Below, piece after piece: positions 21,001 to 29,512 of a stretch of 29,512 nt of DNA. Origin of the DNA: Macrostomum lignano. Taxonomy: Eukaryota. The stretch spans positions 1 through 29,512 of the forward strand of contig NIVC01004983.1 of the NCBI GenBank assembly GCA_002269645.1, written 5' to 3'. The notes beneath the pieces are model-generated. The model did not search any database, was not told where the DNA came from, and saw only the letters and a list, made by a program, of their open reading frames with translations. Positions within the stretch are counted from its first letter, which is position 1. Every line of letters begins with the position of its first letter. A program made the position numbers and the translations under genes.

Positions 21001-24000
21001 AGTAGAATGCTCCTACAGAAAGCTGCAAGCAAACTAGCATCTTCTGGAGCTGACATGCAGAGAAGAATGATTTTGTCGTCCTTGAAATCACTAAACAGAT
21101 ATGCGAAATCGATCTTTTGCTAATCCCACCACAGGTTCCAGTGAAAAGAAGAAACGAAACCCATTGACTAAATTGGCAGTCGACTCAATCGATGCCGACT
21201 GCAACGGACCTGTCAGCTTCGAACTCAGGAGAGCAGCTAATAGTCTACGAGAGTAATGCTAGATGCCAGAATGCTTCACAGCATCAAAGTCTTTAAAGCA
21301 GAAGCTTCAATAAAGGTTAGTTCATGCTGTGGCTGCATTCGTTTTCGTGTCTAGAAGCGTTATAACTTTTTGTACTTTTAACTCTCAGATCGGGTCTTAG
21401 CAGATTCTATAGCTATGCATGCAAGGGCCCCTCAGAGGAGATGCTTAAACACTGCAGTGCATTTTTCCTAGCAATTATTGGGACACGAAGTGTTGGGCCA
21501 CTGTGTGTGTGTGTCTAGTTTTTTCCGCATTTGTTAAGTCACCTAAAGAACTCAATTAATAAAGGGCTCCAGAACAAATTGATGGGCAAACGGATGACAC
21601 ACTGCACAGAGACTTGTTGGGACATATTAAAAACAGCTTATTTTAGAATGGGTACACTTTACTAAAGTAGAATGCTCCTACAGAAAGCTGCAAGCAAACT
21701 AGCATCTTCTGGAGCTGACATGCAGAGAAGAATGATTTTGTCGTCCTTGAAATCACTAAACAGATATGCGAAATCGATCTTTTGCTAATCCCACCACAGG
21801 TTCCAGTGAAAAGAAGAAACGAAACCCATTGACTAAATTGGCAGTCGACTCAATCGATGCCGACTGCAACGGACCTGTCAGCTTCGAACTCAGGAGAGCA
21901 GCTAATAGTCTACGAGAGTAATGCTAGATGCCAGAATGCTTCACAGCATCAAAGTCTTTAAAGCAGAAGCTTCAATGAAAGGTTAGTTCATGCTGTGGCT
22001 GCATTCGTTTTCGTGTCTAGAAGCGTTATAACTTTTTGTACTTTTAACTCTCAGATCGGGTCTTAGCAGATTCTATAGCTATGCATGCAAGGGCCCCTCA
22101 GAGGAGATGCTTAAACACTGCAGTGCATTTTTCCTAGCAATTATTGGGACACGAAGTGTTGGGCCACTGTGTGTGTGTGTCTAGTTTTTTCCGCATTTGT
22201 TAAGTCACCTAAAGAACTCAATTAATAAAGGGCTCCAGAACAAATTGATGGGCAAACGGATGACACACTGCACAGAGACTTGTTGGGACATATTAAAAAC
22301 AGCTTATTTTAGAATGGGTACACTTTACTAAAGTAGAATGCTCCTACAGAAAGCTGCAAGCAAACTAGCATCTTCTGGAGCTGACATGCAGAGAAGAATG
22401 ATTTTGTCGTCCTTGAAATCACTAAACAGATATGCGAAATCGATCTTTTGCTAATCCCACCACAGGTTCCAGTGAAAAGAAGAAACGAAACCCATTGACT
22501 AAATTGGCAGTCGACTCAATCGATGCCGACTGCAACGGACCTGTCAGCTTCGAACTCAGGAGAGCAGCTAATAGTCTACGAGAGTAATGCTAGATGCCAG
22601 AATGCTTCACAGCATCAAAGTCTTTAAAGCAGAAGCTTCAATGAAAGGTTAGTTCATGCTGTGGCTGCATTCGTTTTCGTGTCTAGAAGCGTTATAACTT
22701 TTTGTACTTTTAACTCTCAGATCGGGTCTTAGCAGATTCTATAGCTATGCATGCAAGGGCCCCTCAGAGGAGATGCTTAAACACTGCAGTGCATTTTTCC
22801 TAGCAATTATTGGGACACGAAGTGTTGGGCCACTGTGTGTGTGTGTCTAGTTTTTTCCGCATTTGTTAAGTCACCTAAAGAACTCAATTAATAAAGGGCT
22901 CCAGAACAAATTGATGGGCAAACGGATGACACACTGCACAGAGACTTGTTGGGACATATTAAAAACAGCTTATTTTAGAATGGGTACACTTTACTAAAGT
23001 AGAATGCTCCTACAGAAAGCTGCAAGCAAACTAGCATCTTCTGGAGCTGACATGCAGAGAAGAATGATTTTGTCGTCCTTGAAATCACTAAACAGATATG
23101 CGAAATCGATCTTTTGCTAATCCCACCACAGGTTCCAGTGAAAAGAAGAAACGAAACCCATTGACTAAATTGGCAGTCGACTCAATCGATGCCGACTGCA
23201 ACGGACCTGTCAGCTTCGAACTCAGGAGAGCAGCTAATAGTCTACGAGAGTAATGCTAGATGCCAGAATGCTTCACAGCATCAAAGTCTTTAAAGCAGAA
23301 GCTTCAATGAAAGGTTAGTTCATGCTGTGGCTGCATTCGTTTTCGTGTCTAGAAGCGTTATAACTTTTTGTACTTTTAACTCTCAGATCGGGTCTTAGCA
23401 GATTCTATAGCTATGCATGCAAGGGCCCCTCAGAGGAGATGCTTAAACACTGCAGTGCATTTTTCCTAGCAATTATTGGGACACGAAGTGTTGGGCCACT
23501 GTGTGTGTGTCTAGTTTTTTCCGCATTTGTTAAGTCACCTAAAGAACTCAATTAATAAAGGGCTCCAGAACAAATTGATGGGCAAACGGATGACACACTG
23601 CACAGAGACTTGTTGGGACATATTAAAAACAGCTTATTTTAGAATGGGTACACTTTACTAAAGTAGAATGCTCCTACAGAAAGCTGCAAGCAAACTAGCA
23701 TCTTCTGGAGCTGACATGCAGAGAAGAATGATTTTGTCGTCCTTGAAATCACTAAACAGATATGCGAAATCGATCTTTTGCTAATCCCACCACAGGTTCC
23801 AGTGAAAAGAAGAAACGAAACCCATTGACTAAATTGGCAGTCGACTCAATCGATGCCGACTGCAACGGACCTGTCAGCTTCGAACTCAGGAGAGCAGCTA
23901 ATAGTCTACGAGAGTAATGCTAGATGCCAGAATGCTTCACAGCATCAAAGTCTTTAAAGCAGAAGCTTCAATGAAAGGTTAGTTCATGCTGTGGCTGCAT

Positions 24001-24566
24001 TCGTTTTCGTGTCTAGAAGCGTTATAACTTTTTGTACTTTTAACTCTCAGATCGGGTCTTAGCAGATTCTATAGCTATGCATGCAAGGGCCCCTCAGAGG
24101 AGATGCTTAAACACTGCAGTGCATTTTTCCTAGCAATTATTGGGACACGAAGTGTTGGGCCACTGTGTGTGTGTCTAGTTTTTTCCGCATTTGTTAAGTC
24201 ACCTAAAGAACTCAATTAATAAAGGGCTCCAGAACAAATTGATGGGCAAACGGATGACACACTGCACAGAGACTTGTTGGGACATATTAAAAACAGCTTA
24301 TTTTAGAATGGGTACACTTTACTAAAGTAGAATGCTCCTACAGAAAGCTGCAAGCAAACTAGCATCTTCTGGAGCTGACATGCAGAGAAGAATGATTTTG
24401 TCGTCCTTGAAATCACTAAACAGATATGCGAAATCGATCTTTTGCTAATCCCACCACAGGTTCCAGTGAAAAGAAGAAACGAAACCCATTGACTAAATTG
24501 GCAGTCGACTCAATCGATGCCGACTGCAACGGACCTGTCAGCTTCGAACTCAGGAGAGCAGCTAAT
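18037..24566. repeat. Tandem array of about 665-bp units, about 9.8 near-identical copies
   Basis: The marker GTACTTTTAACTCTCAG recurs at 18048, 18714, 19378, 20042, 20707, 21372, 22038, 22704, 23370 and 24034 (spacings 664-666). The last copy breaks off after GAGAGCAGCTAAT. Confidence 0.97.
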
Positions 24567-25898
24567 TTATAATCTGCAAGTGTAATGCTGGATGCCAGAG
24601 TGCTCTAAATAACGAGACTCCTGTTTTCTCACTCGACCGGAATTTTTGTTTAATCTGCTTAACTAATCTCTGCGTTTCAGTTTTTCAGTTTCACTGTCAA
24701 TTTTAGGTTTTTTCCTAAGCGCAAGTGTAATTGAATTTTTTATTCATATTAGTCAGGCATATTGCGTACAGCATTATAGCGTATTAGTAAAGGTAAAGGT
24801 AAATAGACTGCTTGTAACTAGTTTTTCCTTCATGTGGATTGGCTTCAACGAAGACTTGTATTTCAAGTAATGCTGAATTCGCTGGACTGAGGACAATATA
24901 GTTACACGATGATATGCTATTCCTTCACTTTCAATAGATCATACTATTAGTATGGGACGTGCTTTTTTATTTCAATGTATGCTTTTTTTCATCATTTAAA
25001 TACTAAAAATACTTAATAGGTCATTGCACTGTGTGTATGTGTGTGTTTTCGTGTGTCAAAAAAAATTGCAAAATAAGTGCCCACCATTGTATACCGTACC
25101 AAAAAGTGCCCGGTGCGTGATTGTGTGTGTGTGTGTGTTTGTCAGGGCTCAAAATTTTATCGCAGGCTCACACTGGGAGGCTCGCGGCCCCCGCGCTGGG
25201 TTGCAGAATTTGAGGAGGCAGGAGAACTCGAAACCAGCATCCCTTCGATACCGAAGCTGTAGCACTTAACTATACTACATGTATATATCATCTCCATGAA
25301 ATATGGCCTATATATTGCTACCCAGCAGCTATAATAGGGGATCCGGCCCTCCCCTCTCAACCCCTTCTCTTTCTCGAATTTTAAATCGAAGGGACATCTG
25401 GGCTGTGCGAGAGAGCGCTGTCTGAGTGAGGGCTTGAGAATGAGCAGGCTGGTAGAACTAGGGGGGGGGGGGCAATGGAGGCACGCGCGAGAACTGCCAG
25501 TATAATATATATATATACATATACGTATAAAAAATCAAAACGATCCCCCCTCCATGGCACAAATAATATGACACACTTTGCTTTTATTCCCGCATCCCAT
25601 CTGCAAAATTGATGAAGGAAGAAAAGAAAGAATTAGAGATATAAAAAGCTATATAAGCATGCCGAATAAAAACCTCTTCCTGCCCTCCTTTATTTCTGAT
25701 GACTGTTTTTTATCCACACAGTTTAGAGGATAAAAAAACTACTCAACGAAATCCCCTTTTGAGCCTGGGTTGGAGTTGGACTTGCGGCAATTTAATCATT
25801 TTCTTTCAGAGCCTCAGAGGATAACGGCTGGTCACGTGACATGAATGTTGCATTGGATAAACATGACAGCTCACCTGTGGCATTGTTTATCAATTATT

Positions 25899-26172
<274 letters not shown>

Positions 26173-26738
26173 CCAGCCTTCAAGCCGGAAACCCCAAACC
26201 GCAGTCTCAGTCCCAAAAAACTCCCTTCTCACATGCAGAAGCGGCACCCCATGCCGGAAATGCCAGCTCCGCATCCGCATTCGCTGCTCGTGCCGCAGTC
26301 GTAAAAAATCCCAGTAAAGAAACTGTCGCCTAAAAGAAGTATCGAAAGCATTAATTGGGACAGGTTTTTACAACCTGACTAGTCCTGACCAATGGTTTAC
26401 CTAACCCTCCTCGTCAAACGGCAAACAAAACAGGTTTAGAAGCCGATGTATTTCGACTGCCATACAGAACAGTTTCGATACAAGTTCAGTTTTCAACCCT
26501 TCGTGGCTGCAGTCGTTTTTTTACTTCAAAGCTAAACTTTCAACTGAAATCACAATTTATGATTATGACATCAATTTTTGCGCTGAAATTGTAACGAAAC
26601 AATCTTCGGAATGCCGGACAGAATTTACAGTGGATGCGCTCACTGTCTGCAGAATCGGATTTCTTACTTTGGGCAGCTTCACTAACAGCCATTCACAATC
26701 CAATTAATAGAACGTGGGAATGGGAGAAGGCCCTAATC

Positions 26739-27321
26739 TTCACAATATCCGAACCATTCACAATATCCGAACCATTTACAAAATCCGAACCATTTACAAA
26801 ATCCGAACCATTCACAATATCCGAACCATTCACAATATCCGAACCATTCACAATATCCGAACCATTCACAATATCCGAACCATTCACAATATCCGAACCA
26901 TTTACAAAATCCGAACCATTTACAAAATCCGAACCATTCACAATATCCGAACCATTCACAATATCCGAGCCTTCACAATATCCGAACCATTCACAATATC
27001 CGAGCCTTCACAATATCCGAACCATTCACAATATCCGAACCATTTACAAAATCCAAACTATTCACAATATCCGAACCATTCACAATATCCGAGCCTTCAC
27101 AATATCCGAACCATTCACAATATCCGAGCCTTCACAATATCCGAACCATTCACAATATCCGAACCATTCACAATATCCGAACCATTCACAATATCCGAAC
27201 CCTTCACAATATCCGAACCATTCACAATATCCGAACTATTCACAATATCCGAACCATTCACAATATCCGAACCATTCACAATATCCGAACCATTCACAAT
27301 ATCATAGCCTTAACAATATCC
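26739..27321. repeat. 18-bp minisatellite TTCACAATATCCGAACCA, about 32 copies
   Basis: Read directly. Variants are TTTACAAAATCCGAACCA (pairs at 26775/26793 and 26901/26919, 126 bp apart) and the 17-bp TTCACAATATCCGAGCC. Confidence 0.96.
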
Positions 27322-29127
27322 GTCCGTACCTTCGCAGCATCCGCAATACATATTTCAATAACCAGCCAATATTTTGAGCAAAGCATGCCTATATGAACAT
27401 GAATTCCATCGGTTGGCAACAAAGTTTCTAATATCTCAATGCTTTTAAGCAGTTTTTCATGTTTAAGGCGTAGGTCAATGCAATACAATGGTAAACCGCC
27501 TCAACCGATTAAGGCAGCCACGTGTCCGTTGAAATTTCTCGGTTGCAGCTCTGAGGGACAAATGACGGCTCCGAGGGCACGCGCCACTCGCTAAAAAGAC
27601 AGACAGACAGACGGACAGGGCCCGGCAGATGGTCAGTGAAGATTTTCAAGTCCAGGGAAATAATGGATTTGAACTTGCGCAGGGAATTCCGCCACTTTCT
27701 ACGAGCTGCATGACTGCCCGGCACCCTCGCTCCGTTACTCCAGCTCGAGACTCCGAGAAGCGTTCTCAAACCCATCCCGTGTCCGCGCTCCGAGCTCCCA
27801 CCGAGCTGGGCGGGAGACGAGGCCGATTACGCAATCTGTCAAGCATTTCCCCGGCCCACCCACCAAGACTGCGGCGGACTGCAATCATGGCGCACCCCCC
27901 AGATGGCCAGGCTCATAACTATTGCACAGTATAGGAATTCATATAAAGCTACATGAATCGGTGAGTGCATTCCTTGATTCGGTGCCTATCTATAAATCTA
28001 TATCTATCTGCTAAACAGCCTGCAGACTCAATAAATAATGACTCCTGGGAATCTCATTTAGATCTAGATGTAGACATTTATTTCAATATCAGAATTTCCA
28101 AGTCTCCGAAGATAGTTGGTTATACATGTACAATGAGTAAGACGCGACACACGTGGACAAATTCCCATAGAGCTCGGTCTCACAGTTCTCATTCCATAGG
28201 CTGCTTGCGGGCTTATGATAAAGGCAAACATAAGAGCAGACAGACAGACAAGTCAATTTTGTCCCAATGCCGTATGACTATGGCGGCAAGACTGACAGGG
28301 GAATAAGTTTGAGTTGAGATGCTGGCCTCATGCATCCCAGCTGTGCGGGTTGTGTTTCCGTAAAGCAAACAGCTACAGCCCCCGTGTCAATGCTGGGCTC
28401 ATCATGTGAGGCTTTTGAGCATTCAGCCGCGACCTCTGTTTGATCCCGTTTATTTAGGGCTGTCACCAAACCCCAAGGCACAGTGAGTGTAAGCAGGAGT
28501 CAGCGGATGTCCTGAATCTCAACACTTGCAGTCGAGATTTACAAAGAATGATTCGTTGCTCAAATTCTAAATAAGCCAATTATTTAAAAGCGGAAAGATA
28601 CCCGGAAATTGTTGAACAAGCAAGCTCAGGAAACACAGGAAACAAGAGAATGCCTGAATAATATAACCGGTTTAATTCCTTGTCACGAAAGGCCAATGCA
28701 GAAATTAATTAAAGGAAAAGAATTTTGCTTGCACGAAAGAAATTGTATCGAAATTGTCCCCGCTACAGCCGTGCGCGCACGCGTGCGGACCCATTGGGAA
28801 TCTGGAATTTCTCATTGGAGGCGAATCGACTAAAAAATCTGCAATCTCAAATGCCTTCCACTGGGGGCAGCGAGCTGAAGGGGAAGGAATCTCAACTCAA
28901 CGCAACTGCAGAAGTGGCCTTGGAACAGAATAATAGAAGAATGGAAAGAGGCTTGCGACACGCGCCATTCGCAAGCACAAGAGGCACTGAATTCAATGCC
29001 CATTTTAATAAAGCCAAAGCCAAGGAGAACTAGAAGGAGAATCTGGAGCATAAAAACAGGTAAACAGAGCTGGGCAAAAAACAGGTTTTAGTGCCCAGAT
29101 TACTACAAATTCCCGAGGGTTAAGACC

Positions 29128-29317
29128 CAAAGAGAGAGGAGCGGATTCCGGGGTGAAGATCAAAGAGGGGGGCGGATTCCGGGGTGAAGATCAAAGAGAG
29201 GAGCGGATTCCGGGGTGAAGATCAAAGAGGGGGCGGATTCCGGGGATGAAGATCAAAGAGGGGGGCGGATTCCGGGGGTGAAGATCAAAGAGAGGAGCGG
29301 ATTCCGGGGGTGAAGAT
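29128..29317. repeat. About 31-bp G-rich minisatellite, 6 copies
   Basis: Unit CAAAGAG(A/G)GG(A/G)GCGGATTCCGGGGTGAAGAT with G-run length variation. Confidence 0.93.
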
Positions 29318-29512
29318 GTCATGATGGCTAATTATGTGGAGCACAATGTTATTTAGTTGTCAGTCAATGAGATTTAGGGGCATGTCTCTCGTGCTTGCGG
29401 CCAAGCCAAATCGAGCGCTTGTATTTTGGAACTGAAGAAGGCATACACACTGAAAGATGGTATTGATATACTCGCTTACAACGAAGGATTAACAAGTTTG
29501 GACATAGACATA

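Noticed and set aside
25143-25767. Possible hAT element from CAGGGCTCAAAA to TTTTGAGCCTG
   Set aside because: The ends differ by an indel and the flanking 8-mers (GTGTTTGT and GGTTGGAG) do not form a TSD.
26634-27377. 247-aa ORF with TISEPF/HNIRTI/YPNHSQ repeats
   Set aside because: Translation of the 18-bp array. The peptide repeat switches frame at 17-bp variants, which argues against protein-level selection.
27509-29051. Short GC-richer ORFs of 60-113 aa on both strands
   Set aside because: No recognisable domain and no consistent splice pattern. They could be decayed TE or exon sequence, but I cannot support a call.

Overview
Eukaryotic (animal-like, probably invertebrate) genomic DNA, with spliceosomal introns and AT-rich intergenic DNA. 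Three host genes are supportable. (1) An intronless clan-2 (CYP2-like) cytochrome P450 at 1232-2789 (+), broken by two single-base deficits that may be assembly errors. (2) A complete five-exon SLC22A18-like MFS transporter at 3681-9620 (-), 417 aa when spliced, with one GC-AG intron. (3) An intronless F-box/LRR gene at 10829-12652 (-). The transporter's introns hold two homologous 45-bp minisatellites in different introns, a 96-nt near-perfect hairpin, and a truncated Crypton-like tyrosine-recombinase ORF surrounded by inverted repeats and a CATAGAC motif cluster. Other elements are a tRNA-derived SINE, an 887-bp non-autonomous hAT element with TIRs and a perfect 8-bp TSD, and a ~6.5-kb array of ~665-bp units (about 9.8 copies) that may have amplified the last exons of an unidentified gene. 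There are also several micro- and minisatellites. No rRNA, intact tRNA or CRISPR array was seen. All family assignments come from motif recognition by eye, not database searches, and most long ORFs over the repeats are artefacts. I found no system I can claim as new; the best leads are the twin minisatellites, the Crypton-associated sites and the exon-bearing array.
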